64,000 bases of DNA from Azolla caroliniana (Eukaryota > Plantae > Polypodiophyta). The notes beneath the pieces are model-generated. The model made no database searches, had not been told where the DNA came from, and was given only the letters and a program-made list of their open reading frames with translations. The stretch covers positions 1-64,000 of the forward strand of contig JBHGNT010000042.1 of NCBI GenBank assembly GCA_043228905.1. Direction: 5' to 3'. How positions within the stretch are numbered: the first letter of the stretch is position 1; every line of letters begins with the position of its first letter. This document shows, piece after piece, positions 1 to 12,600 of this stretch. Made by a program: the position numbers and the translations under genes.

Positions 1-679
1 CGGTGTTCAAACATGCGAATCGAAGCTAACAACGCTAGCTATGATATGGAATTACAAAATCAAGATTTTAAAACTCAGCTCGAGAGACATGAATAAATTA
101 GCAAATTTGAGGAGGTAGTGGAGAAGAGCGCGTTAGTAAATTAAAATGTTCATACCTGGCTCGTGTGATATCGGATTTCTGTGTTCAAACATGCGAATCC
201 AACCTAACAACGCTAGCTCTAATATGGAATTCAAAAATCAAGATTTTGAAACTCAGGTCCAGAGACATGAAGAAATTAGCAAATTTGAGGAGGAAGTGGA
301 GAAGAGCGCGTTAGTAAATTAAAATGTTCATACCTGGCTCGTGTGATATCGGATTTCTGTGTTCAAACATGCGAATCGAAGCTAACAACGCTATCTCTAA
401 TATGGAATTAAAAAATCAAGATTTTGAAACTCAGGTCCAGAGACATGAAGAAATTAGCAAATTTGAGGAGGAAGTTGAGAAGAGCGAGTCAGTAAATTAA
501 AATGTTCATACCTGGCTCGTGTGATATCGGATTTCTCTGTTCAAACATGCGAATCGAAGCTAACAACGCTAGCTATGATATGGAATTAAAAAATCAAGAT
601 TTTGAAACTCAGGTCAAGAGACATGAAGAAATTAGCAAATTTGAGGAGGTAGTGGAGAAGAGCGCGTTAGTAAATTAAA

Positions 680-3600
680 GTGTTCATACCTGGCTCGTGT
701 GATATCGGATTTCTGTGTTCAAACATGCGAATCGAAGCTAACAACGCTATCTCTAATATGGAATTAAAAAATCAAGATTTTGAAACTCAGGTCGAGAGAC
801 ATGAAGAAATTAGCAAATTTGAGGAGGTAGTGGAGAAGATCGCGTTTTTAAATTAAAATGTTCATACCTGGCTCGTGTGATATCTGATTTCTGTGTTCAA
901 ACATGCGAATCGAAGCTAACAACGCTATCTCTAATATGGAATTAAAAAATCAAGATTTTGAAACTCAGGTCGAGAGACATGAAGAAATTAGCAAATTTGA
1001 GGAGGTAGTGGAGAAGATCGCGTTTGTAAATTAAAATGTTCATACCTGGCTCGTGTGATATCGGATTTCTGTGTTCAAACATGCGAATCGAAGCTAACAA
1101 TGCTAGCTCTAATATTGAATTAAAAAATCAAGATTTTAAAACTCAGCTCGAGAGACATGAATAAATTAGCGAATTTGAGGAGGTAGTGGAGAAGAGCGTG
1201 TTAGTAAATTAAAATGTTCATACCTGGCTCGTGTGATATCGGATTTCTGTGTTCAAACATGCGAATCAAACCTAACAACGCTAGCTCTAATATGGAATTC
1301 AAAAATCAAGATTTTGAAACTCAGGTCCAGAGACATGAAGAAATTAGCAAATTTGAGGAGGAAGTGGAGAAGAGCGCGTTAGTAAATTAAAATGTTCATA
1401 CCTGGCTCGTGTGATATCGGATTTCTGTGTTCAAACATGCGAATCGAAGCTAACAACGCTATCTCTAATATGGAATTAAAAAATCAAGATTTTGAAACTC
1501 AGGTCAAGAGACATGAAGAAATTAGCAAATTTGAGGAGGTAGTGGAGAAGAGCGCGTTAGTAAATTAAAATGTTCATACCTGGCTCGTGTGATATCGGAT
1601 TTCTGTGTTCAAACATGCGAATCGAAGCTAACAACGCTATCTCTAATATGGAATTAAAAAATCAAGATTTTGAAACTCACGTCGAGAGACATGAATAAAT
1701 TAGCAAATTTGAGGAGGAAGTGGAGAAGAGCGCGTTAGTAAATTAAAATGTTCATACCTGGCTCGTGTGATATCGGATTTCTGTGTTCAAACATGCGAAT
1801 CGAAGCTAACAACGCTATCTCTAATATGGAATTAAAAAATCAAGATTTTGAAACTCAGGTCGAGAGACATGAAGAAATTAGCAAATTTGAGGAGGAAGTG
1901 GAGAAGAGCGCGTTAGTAAATGAAAATGTTCATACCTAGCTCGTGTGATATCGGATTTCTGTGTTCAAACATGCGAATCGAAGCTAACAACGCTATCTCT
2001 AATATGGAATTAAAAAATCAAGATTTTGAAACTCAGGTCGAGAGACATGAAGAAATTAGCAAATTTGAGGAGGTAGTGGAGAAGATCGCGTTTGTAAATT
2101 AAAATGTTCATACCCGGCTCGTGTGATATCGGATTTCTGTGTTCAAACATGCGAATCGAAGCTAACAACGCTAGCTCTAATATGGAATTAAAAAATCAAG
2201 ATTTTGAAACTCAGGTCGAGAGACATGAAGAAATTTGCAAATTTGAGGAGGTAGTGGAGAAGAGCGCGTTAGTAAATTAAAATGTTCATACCTGGCTCGT
2301 GTGATATCGGATTTTTGTGTTCAAACATGCGAATCGAAGCTAACAACGCTATCTCTAATATGGAATTAAAAAATCAAGATTTTGAAACTCAGGTCGAGAG
2401 ACATGAAGAAATTAGCAAATTTGAGGAGGTAGTGGAGAAGATCGCGTTTTTAAATTAAAATGTTCATACCTGGCTCGTGTGATATCTGATTTCTGTGTTC
2501 AAACATGCGAATCGAAGCTAACAACGCTATCTCTAATATGGAATTAAAAAATCAAGATTTTGAAACTCAGGTCGAGAGACATGAAGAAATTAGCAAATTT
2601 GAGGAGGTAGTGGAGAAGATCGCGTTTGTAAATTAAAATGTTCATACCTGGCTCGTGTGATATCGGATTTCTGTGTTCAAACATGCGAATCGAAGCTAAC
2701 AATGCTAGCTCTAATATTGAATTAAAAAATCAAGATTTTAAAACTCAGCTCGAGAGACATGAATAAATTAGCGAATTTGAGGAGGTAGTGGAGAAGAGCG
2801 TGTTAGTAAATTAAAATGTTCATACCTGGCTCGTGTGATATCGGATTTCTGTGTTCAAACATGCGAATCAAACCTAACAACGCTAGCTCTAATATGGAAT
2901 TCAAAAATCAAGATTTTGAAACTCAGGTCCAGAGACATGAAGAAATTAGCAAATTTGAGGAGGAAGTGGAGAAGAGCGCGTTAGTAAATTAAAATGTTCA
3001 TACCTGGCTCGTGTGATATCGGATTTCTGTGTTCAAACATGCGAATCGAAGCTAACAACGCTATCTCTAATATGGAATTAAAAAATCAAGATTTTGAAAC
3101 TCAGGTCAAGAGACATGAAGAAATTAGCAAATTTGAGGAGGTAGTGGAGAAGAGCGCGTTAGTAAATTAAAATGTTCATACCTGGCTCGTGTGATATCGG
3201 ATTTCTGTGTTCAAACATGCGAATCGAAGCTAACAACGCTATCTCTAATATGGAATTAAAAAATCAAGATTTTGAAACTCACGTCGAGAGACATGAATAA
3301 ATTAGCAAATTTGAGGAGGAAGTGGAGAAGAGCGCGTTAGTAAATTAAAATGTTCATACCTGGCTCGTGTGATATCGGATTTCTGTGTTCAAACATGCGA
3401 ATCGAAGCTAACAACGCTATCTCTAATATGGAATTAAAAAATCAAGATTTTGAAACTCAGGTCGAGAGACATGAAGAAATTAGCAAATTTGAGGAGGAAG
3501 TGGAGAAGAGCGCGTTAGTAAATGAAAATGTTCATACCTAGCTCGTGTGATATCGGATTTCTGTGTTCAAACATGCGAATCGAAGCTAACAACGCTATCT

Positions 3601-6375
3601 CTAATATGGAATTAAAAAATCATGATTTTGAAACTCAGGTCGAGAGACATGAAGAAATTAGCAAATTTGAGGAGGTAGTGGAGAAGATCGCGTTTGTAAA
3701 TTAAAATGTTCATACCCGGCTCGTGTGATATCGGATTTCTGTGTTCAAACATGCGAATCGAAGCTAACAACGCTAGCTCTAATATGGAATTAAAAAATCA
3801 AGATTTTGAAACTCAGGTCGAGAGACATGAAGAAATTTGCAAATTTGAGGAGGTAGTGGAGAAGAGCGCGTTAGTAAATTAAAATGTACATACCTGGCTC
3901 GTGTGATATCGGATTTTTGTGTTTAAACATGCGAATCGAAGCTAACAACGCTAGCTATGATATGGAATTAAAAAATCAAGATTTTGAAACTCAGGTCAAG
4001 AGACATGAAGAAATTAGCAAATTTGAGGAGGTAGTGGAGAAGAGCGCGTTAGTAAATTAAAGTGTTCATACCTGGCTCGTGTGATATCGGATTTCTGTGT
4101 TCAAACATGCGAATCGAAGCTAACAACGCTATCTCTAATATGGAATTAAAAAATCAAGATTTTGAAACTCAGGTCGAGAGACATGAAGAAATTAGCAAAT
4201 TTGAGGAGGTAGTGGAGAAGATCGCGTTTTTAAATTAAAATGTTCATACCTGGCTCGTGTGATATCTGATTTCTGTGTTCAAACATGCGAATCGAAGCTA
4301 ACAACGCTATCTCTAATATGGAATTAAAAAATCAAGATTTTGAAACTCAGGTCGAGAGACATGAAGAAATTAGCAAATTTGAGGAGGTAGTGGAGAAGAT
4401 CGCGTTTGTAAATTAAAATGTTCATACCTGGCTCGTGTGATATCGGATTTCTGTGTTCAAACATGCGAATCGAAGCTAACAATGCTAGCTCTAATATTGA
4501 ATTAAAAAATCAAGATTTTAAAACTCAGCTCGAGAGACATGAATAAATTTGCAAATTTGAGGAGGTAGTGGAGAAGAGCGCGTTAGTAAATTAAAATGTA
4601 CATACCTGGCTCGTGTGATATCGGATTTTTGTGTTTAAACATGCGAATCGAAGCTAACAACGCTAGCTATGATATGGAATTAAAAAATCAAGATTTTGAA
4701 ACTCAGGTCAAGAGACATGAAGAAATTAGCAAATTTGAGGAGGTAGTGGAGAAGAGCGCGTTAGTAAATTAAAGTGTTCATACCTGGCTCGTGTGATATC
4801 GGATTTCTGTGTTCAAACATGCGAATCGAAGCTAACAACGCTATCTCTAATATGGAATTAAAAAATCAAGATTTTGAAACTCAGGTCGAGAGACATGAAG
4901 AAATTAGCAAATTTGAGGAGGTAGTGGAGAAGATCGCGTTTTTAAATTAAAATGTTCATACCTGGCTCGTGTGATATCTGATTTCTGTGTTCAAACATGC
5001 GAATCGAAGCTAACAACGCTATCTCTAATATGGAATTAAAAAATCAAGATTTTGAAACTCAGGTCGAGAGACATGAAGAAATTAGCAAATTTGAGGAGGT
5101 AGTGGAGAAGATCGCGTTTGTAAATTAAAATGTTCATACCTGGCTCGTGTGATATCGGATTTCTGTGTTCAAACATGCGAATCGAAGCTAACAATGCTAG
5201 CTCTAATATTGAATTAAAAAATCAAGATTTTAAAACTCAGCTCGAGAGACATGAATAAATTAGCGAATTTGAGGAGGTAGTGGAGAAGAGCGTGTTAGTA
5301 AATTAAAATGTTCATACCTGGCTCGTGTGATATCGGATTTCTGTGTTCAAACATGCGAATCAAACCTAACAACGCTAGCTCTAATATGGAATTCAAAAAT
5401 CAAGATTTTGAAACTCAGGTCCAGAGACATGAAGAAATTAGCAAATTTGAGGAGGAAGTGGAGAAGAGCGCGTTAGTAAATTAAAATGTTCATACCTGGC
5501 TCGTGTGATATCGGATTTCTGTGTTCAAACATGCGAATCGAAGCTAACAACGCTATCTCTAATATGGAATTAAAAAATCAAGATTTTGAAACTCAGGTCA
5601 AGAGACATGAAGAAATTAGCAAATTTGAGGAGGTAGTGGAGAAGAGCGCGTTAGTAAATTAAAATGTTCATACCTGGCTCGTGTGATATCGGATTTCTGT
5701 GTTCAAACATGCGAATCGAAGCTAACAACGCTATCTCTAATATGGAATTAAAAAATCAAGATTTTGAAACTCACGTCGAGAGACATGAATAAATTAGCAA
5801 ATTTGAGGAGGAAGTGGAGAAGAGCGCGTTAGTAAATTAAAATGTTCATACCTGGCTCGTGTGATATCGGATTTCTGTGTTCAAACATGCGAATCGAAGC
5901 TAACAACGCTATCTCTAATATGGAATTAAAAAATCAAGATTTTGAAACTCAGGTCGAGAGACATGAAGAAATTAGCAAATTTGAGGAGGAAGTGGAGAAG
6001 AGCGCGTTAGTAAATGAAAATGTTCATACCTAGGTCGTGTGATATCGGATTTCTGTGTTCAAACATGCGAATCGAAGCTAACAACGCTATCTCTAATATG
6101 GAATTAAAAAATCAAGATTTTGAAACTCAGGTCGAGAGACATGAAGAAATTAGCAAATTTGAGGAGGTAGTGGAGAAGATCGCGTTTGTAAATTAAAATG
6201 TTCATACCCGGCTCGTGTGATATCGGATTTCTGTGTTCAAACATGCGAATCGAAGCTAACAACGCTAGCTCTAATATGGAATTAAAAAATCAAGATTTTG
6301 AAACTCAGGTCGAGAGACATGAAGAAATTTGCAAATTTGAGGAGGTAGTGGAGAAGAGCGCGTTAGTAAATTAAA
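680..6375. repeat. Local higher-order repeat: 9-monomer (1602-bp) block in three copies with an internal 4-monomer (712-bp) duplication
   Basis: The same variant order (GCGTTTTTAAA / TATCTGATT / AATGCTAGC / CAAACCT / GGTCAAG / CTCACGTC / AAATGAAA / CCTAG / CCCGGC) starts at ~680, ~2282 and ~4774. ORF offset 1748->3350 = 1602. The AATGTACATAC marker occurs at 3884 and 4596 (712 apart). Confidence 0.85.
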
Positions 6376-6553
6376 ATGTTCATACCTGGCTCGTGTGATA
6401 TCGGATTTTTGTGTTTAAACATGCGAATCGAAGCTAACAACGCTAGCTATGATATGGAATTAAAAAATCAAGATTTTGAAACTCAGGTCGAGAGACATGA
6501 AGAAATTTGCAAATTTGAGGAGGTAGTGGAGAAGAGCGCGTTAGTAAATTATA

Positions 6554-6655
6554 ATATGGAATCGAAAAAACAAGATTTTGAAACTCAGGTCCAGAGACAT
6601 GAAGAAATTAGCAAATTTGAGGAGGAAGTGGAGAAGATCACGTTTGTAAATTAAA
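6554..6655. repeat. 102-bp truncated monomer (5' 76 bp missing); first of 16 copies
   Basis: Junction GTAAATTATAATATGGAATCGAAAAAACAAG. It follows the monomers starting at 6376, 11640, 20593, 26675, 28913, 32042, 38124, 40362, 44381, 45729, 47432, 48246, 50305, 52542, 62676 and 63134 (the 92-aa ORFs). Confidence 0.95.
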
Positions 6656-7189
6656 ATGTTCATACCTGGCTCGTGTGATATCGGATTTCTGTGTTCAAAC
6701 ATGCGAATCGAAGCTAACAACGCTAGCTCTAATATTGAATTAAAAAATCAAGATTTTGAAACTCAGGTCAAGAGACATGAAGAAATTAGCAAATTTGAGG
6801 AGGAAGTGGAGAAGAGCGAGTCAGTAAATTAAAATGTTCATACCTTGCTCGTTTGATATCGGATTTCTGTGTTCAAACATGCGACTCGAAGCTAACAACG
6901 CTAGCTCTACTATGGAATTAAAAAATCAAGATTTTGAAACTCAGGTCGAGAGACATGAAGAAATTAGCATATTTGAGGAGGAAGTTGAGAAGAACGAGTC
7001 AGTAAATTAAAATGTTCATACCTGGCTCGTGTGATATCGGATTTCGGTGTTCAAACATGCGAATCGAAGCTAACAACGCTAGCTATGATATGGAATTACA
7101 AAATCAAGATTTTAAAACTCAGCTCGAGAGACATGAATAAATTAGCAAATTTGAGGAGGTAGTGGAGAAGAGCGCGTTAGTAAATTAAA

Positions 7190-9681
7190 ATGTTCATACC
7201 TGGCTCGTGTGATATCGGATTTCTGTGTTCAAACATGCGAATCCAACCTAACAACGCTAGCTCTAATATGGAACTCAAAAATCAAGATTTCGAAACTCAG
7301 GTCCAGAGACATGAAGAAATTTGCAAATTTGAGGAGGAAGTGGAGAAGAGCGCGTTAGTAAATGAAAATGTTCATACCTGGCTCGTGTGATATCGGATTT
7401 CTGTGTTCAAACATGCGAATCGAAGCTAACAACGCTATCTCTAATATGGAATTAAAAAATCAAGATTTTGAAACTCACGTCGAGAGACATGAATAAATTA
7501 GCAAATTTGAGGAGGAAGTGGAGAAGAGCGCGTTAGTAAATTAAAATGTTCATACCTGGCTCGTGTGATATCGGATTTCTGTGTTCAAACATGCGAATCG
7601 AAGCTAACAACGCTATCTCTAATATGGAATTAAAAAATCAAGATTTTGAAACTCAGGTCCAGAGACATGAAGAAATTAGCAAATTTGAGGAGGAAGTGGA
7701 GGAGAGCGCGTTAGTAAATGAAAATGTTCATACCTAGGTCGTGTGATATCGGATTTCTGTGTTCAAACATGCGAATCGAAGCTAACAACGCTATCTCTAA
7801 TATTGAATTAAAAAATCAAGATTTTGAAACTCAGGTCGAGAGACATGAAGAAATTAGCAAATTTGAGGAGGTAGTGGAGAAGATCGCGTTTGTAAATTAA
7901 AATGTTTATACCTGGCTCGTTTGATATCGGATTTCTGTGTTCAAACATGCGAATCGAAGCTAACAACGTTAGCTCTAATATGGAATTAAAAAATCAAAAT
8001 TTTGAAACTCAGGTCGAGAGACATGAAGAAATTAGCATATTTGAGGAGCAAGTTGAGAAGAGCGAGTCAATAAATTAAAATGTTCATACCTGGCTTGAGT
8101 GATATCGGATTTCGGTGTTCAAACATGCGAATCGAAGCTAACAACGCTAGCTATGATATGGAATTACAAAATCAAGATTTTAAAACTCAGCTCGAGAGAC
8201 ATGAATAAATTAGCGAATTTGAGGAGGTAGTGGAGAAGAGCGCGTTAGTAAATTAAAATGTTCATACCTGGCTCGTGTGATATCGGATTTCTGTGTCCAA
8301 ACATGCGAATCAAACCTAACAACGCTAGCTCTAATATCGAATTCAAAAATCAAGATTTTGAAACTCAGGTCCAGAGACATGAAGAAATTAGCAAATTTGA
8401 GGAGGAAGTGGAGAAGAGCGTGTTAGTAAATTAAAATGTTCATACCTGGCTCGTGTGATATCGGATTTCTGTGTTCAAACATGCGAATCCAACCTAACAA
8501 CGCTAGCTCTAATATGGAACTCAAAAATCAAGATTTCGAAACTCAGGTCCAGAGACATGAAGAAATTAGCAAATTTGAGGAGGAAGTGGAGAAGAGCGCG
8601 TTAGTAAATGAAAATGTTCATACCTGGCTCGTGTGATATCGGATTTCTGTGTTCAAACATGCGAATCGAAGCTAACAACGCTATCTCTAATATGGAATTA
8701 AAAAATCAAGATTTTGAAACTCACGTCGAGAGACATGAATAAATTAGCAAATTTGAGGAGGAAGTGGAGAAGAGCGCGTTAGTAAATTAAAATGTTCATA
8801 CCTGGCTCGTGTGATATCGGATTTCTGTGTTCAAACATGCGAATCGAAGCTAACAACGCTATCTCTAATATGGAATTAAAAAATCAAGATTTTGAAACTC
8901 AGGTCCAGAGACATGAAGAAATTAGCAAATTTGAGGAGGAAGTGGAGGAGAGCGCGTTAGTAAATGAAAATGTTCATACCTAGGTCGTGTGATATCGGAT
9001 TTCTGTGTTCAAACATGCGAATCGAAGCTAACAACGCTATCTCTAATATTGAATTAAAAAATCAAGATTTTGAAACTCAGGTCGAGAGACATGAAGAAAT
9101 TAGCAAATTTGAGGAGGTAGTGGAGAAGATCGCGTTTGTAAATTAAAATGTTTATACCTGGCTCGTTTGATATCGGATTTCTGTGTTCAAACATGCGAAT
9201 CGAAGCTAACAACGTTAGCTCTAATATGGAATTAAAAAATCAAAATTTTGAAACTCAGGTCGAGAGACATGAAGAAATTAGCATATTTGAGGAGCAAGTT
9301 GAGAAGAGCGAGTCAATAAATTAAAATGTTCATACCTGGCTTGAGTGATATCGGATTTCGGTGTTCAAACATGCGAATCGAAGCTAACAACGCTAGCTAT
9401 GATATGGAATTACAAAATCAAGATTTTAAAACTCAGCTCGAGAGACATGAATAAATTAGCGAATTTGAGGAGGTAGTGGAGAAGAGCGCGTTAGTAAATT
9501 AAAATGTTCATACCTGGCTCGTGTGATATCGGATTTCTGTGTCCAAACATGCGAATCAAACCTAACAACGCTAGCTCTAATATCGAATTCAAAAATCAAG
9601 ATTTTGAAACTCAGGTCCAGAGACATGAAGAAATTAGCAAATTTGAGGAGGAAGTGGAGAAGAGCGCGTTAGTAAATGAAA
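7190..9681. repeat. 7-monomer (1246-bp) tandem duplication
   Basis: ORF offsets 7190->8436, 7546->8792 and 7718->8964 are all 1246 = 7x178. Private markers GAACTCAAAA, GGAGGAGAGC, AACGTTAGC, GGCTTGAGTG and GTGTCCAAAC are duplicated. Confidence 0.9.
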
Positions 9682-12600
9682 ATGTTCATACCTGGCTCGT
9701 GTGATATCGGATTTCTGTGTTCAAACATGCGAATCGAAGCTAACAACGCTATCTCTAATATGAAATTAAAAAATCAAGATTTTGAAACTCACGTCGAGAG
9801 ACATGAAGAAATTAGCATATTTGAGGAGCAAGTTGAGAAGAGCGAATTAGTAAATTAAAATGTTCATACCTGGCTCGTGTGATATCGGATTTCGGTGTTC
9901 AAACATGCGAATCGAAGCTAACAACGCTATCTCTAATATGGAATTACAAAATCAAGATTTTGAAACTCAGGTCCAGAGACATGAATAAATTAGCGAATTT
10001 GAGGAGGAAGTGGAGGAGAGCGCGTTAGTAAATGAAAATGTTCATACCTAGCTCGTGTGATATCGGATTTCTGTGTTCAAACATGCGAATCGAAGCTAAC
10101 AACGCTATCTCTAATATTGAATTAAAAAATCAAGATTTTGAAACTCAGGTCGAGAGACATGAAGAAATTAGCAAATTTGAGGAGGTAGTGGAGAAGATCA
10201 CGTTTGTAAATTAAAATGTTCATACCCGGCTCGTGTGATATCGGATTTCTGTGTTCAAACATGCGAATCGAAGCTAACAACGCTAGCTCTAATATGGAAT
10301 TAAAAAATCAAGATTTTGAAACTCAGGTCCAGAGACATGAAGAAATTTGCAAATTTGAGGAGGTAGTGGAGAAGAGGGCGTTAGTAAATTAAAATGTTCA
10401 TACCTGGCTCTTGTGATATCGGATTTCTGTGTTCAAACATGCGAATCGAAGCTAACAATGCTATCTCTAATATGAAATTAGAAAATCAAGATTTTGAAAC
10501 TCAGGTCGAGAGACATGAAGAAATTAGCAAATTTGAGGAGGAAGTCGAGAAGAGCGCGTTAGTAAATGAAAATGTTCATACCTGGCTCGTGTGATATCGG
10601 ATTTCTGTGTTCAAACATGCGAATCGAAGCTAACAACGCTATCTCTAATATGGAATTAAAAAATCAAGATTTTGAAACTCACGTCGAGAGACATGAAGAA
10701 ATTAGCAAATTTGAGGAGGAAGTGGAGAAGAGCGCGTTAGTAAATTAAAATGTTCATACCTGGCTCGTGTGATATCGGATTTCTGTGTTCAAACATGCGA
10801 ATCGAAGCTAACAACGCTATCTCTAATATGGAATTAAAAATTCAAGATTTTGAAACTCAGGTCCAGAGACATGAAGAAATTAGCAAATTTGAGGAGGAAG
10901 TGGAGGAGAGCGCGTTAGTAAATGAAAATGTTCATACCTAGCTCGTGTGATATCGGATTTCTGTGTTCAAACATGCGAATCGAAGCTAACAACGCTATCC
11001 CTAATATTGAATTAAAAAATCAAGATTTTGAAACTCAGGTCGAGAGACATGAAGAAATTAGCAAATTTGAGGAGGTAGTGGAGAAGATCGAGTTTGTAAA
11101 TTAAAATGTTCATACCCGGCTCGTGTGATATCGGATTTCTGTGTTCAAACATGCGTATCGAAGCTAACAACGCTAGCTCTAATATGGAATTAAAAAATCA
11201 AGATTTTGAAACTCAGGTCGAGAGACATGAAGAAATTTGCAAATTTGAGGAGGTAGTGGAGAAGAGTGCGTTAGTAAATTAAAATGTTCATACCTGGCTC
11301 TTGTGATATCGGATTTCTGTGTTCAAACATGCAAATCGAAGCTAACAACGCTATCTCTAATATGGAATTAGAAAATCAAGATTTTGAAACTCAGGTCGAG
11401 AGACATGAAGAAATTAGCAAATTTGAGGAGGTAGTGGAGAAGATCGCGTTTGTAAATTAAAATGTTCATACCTGGCTCGTGTGATATCGGATTTCTGTGT
11501 TCAAACATGCGAATCGAAGCTAACAACGCTAGCTCTAATATGGAATTAAAAAATCAAGATTTTGAAACTCAGGTCGAGAGACATGAAGAAATTAGCAAAT
11601 TTGAGGAGGTAGTGAAGAAGAGCCTGTTAGTAAATTAAAATGTTCATACCTGGCTCGTGTGATATCGGATTTTTGTGTTTAAACATGCGAATCGAAGCTA
11701 ACAACGCTAGCTATGATATGGAATTAAAAAATCAAGATTTTGAAACTCAGGTCGAGAGACATGAAGAAATTTGCAAATTTGAGGAGGTAGTGGAGAAGAG
11801 CGCGTTAGTAAATTATAATATGGAATCGAAAAAACAAGATTTTGAAACTCAGGTCCAGAGACATGAAGAAATTAGCAAATTTGAGGAGGAAGTGGAGAAG
11901 ATCACGTTTGTAAATTAAAATGTTCATACCTGGCTCGTGTGATATCGGATTTCTGTGTTCAAACATGCGAATCGAAGCTAACAACGCTAGCTCTAATATT
12001 GAATTAAAAAATCAAGATTTTGAAACTCAGGTCAAGAGACATGACGAAATTAGCAAATTTGAGGAGGAAGTGGAGAAGAGCGAGTCAGTAAATTAAAATG
12101 TTCATACCTTGCTCGTTTGATATCGGATTTCTGTGTTTAAACATGCGACTCGAAGCTAACAACGCTAGCTCTAATATGGAATTAAAAAATCAAGATTTTG
12201 AAACTCACGTCGAGAGACATGAAGAAATTAGCATATTTGAGGAGGAAGTTGAGAAGAACGAGTCAGTAAATTAAAATGTTCATACCTGGCTCGTGTGATA
12301 TCGGATTTCGGTGTTCAAACATGCGAATCGAAGCTAACAACGCTAGCTATGATATGGAATTACAAAATCAAGATTTTAAAACTCAGCTCGAGAGACATGA
12401 ATAAATTAGCAAATTTGAGGAGGTAGTGGAGAAGAGCGCGTTAGTAAATTAAAATGTTCATACCTGGCTCGTGTGATATCGGATTTCTGTGTTCAAACAT
12501 GCGAATCCAACCTAACAACGCTAGCTCTAATATGGAATTCAAAAATCAAGATTTTGAAACTCAGGTCCAGAGACATGAAGAAATTAGCAAATTTGAGGAG

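Noticed and set aside
146-323. Identity with Arabidopsis CEN178, or alpha satellite with a CENP-B box
   Set aside because: Only the length is similar. The sequence does not match my recollection of either consensus, and I saw no HindIII AAGCTT site or canonical CENP-B box. Needs BLAST to confirm.
286-326. AGGAGG as a Shine-Dalgarno site for the monomer ORF
   Set aside because: It lies about 30 nt upstream of the next ATG, too far for an RBS, and the context appears eukaryotic.
329-338. CATACCTGGC resembling the U1 snRNA 5' end (ATACTTACCTGG); tandem snRNA, 5S or spliced-leader gene array
   Set aside because: The match is only ~8 nt, with no further U1 similarity, 5S/tRNA internal boxes or leader sequence that I could recognise.
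6376-6654. 92-aa ORFs as a distinct gene
   Set aside because: In-frame read-through from a full monomer into the 102-bp truncated monomer.
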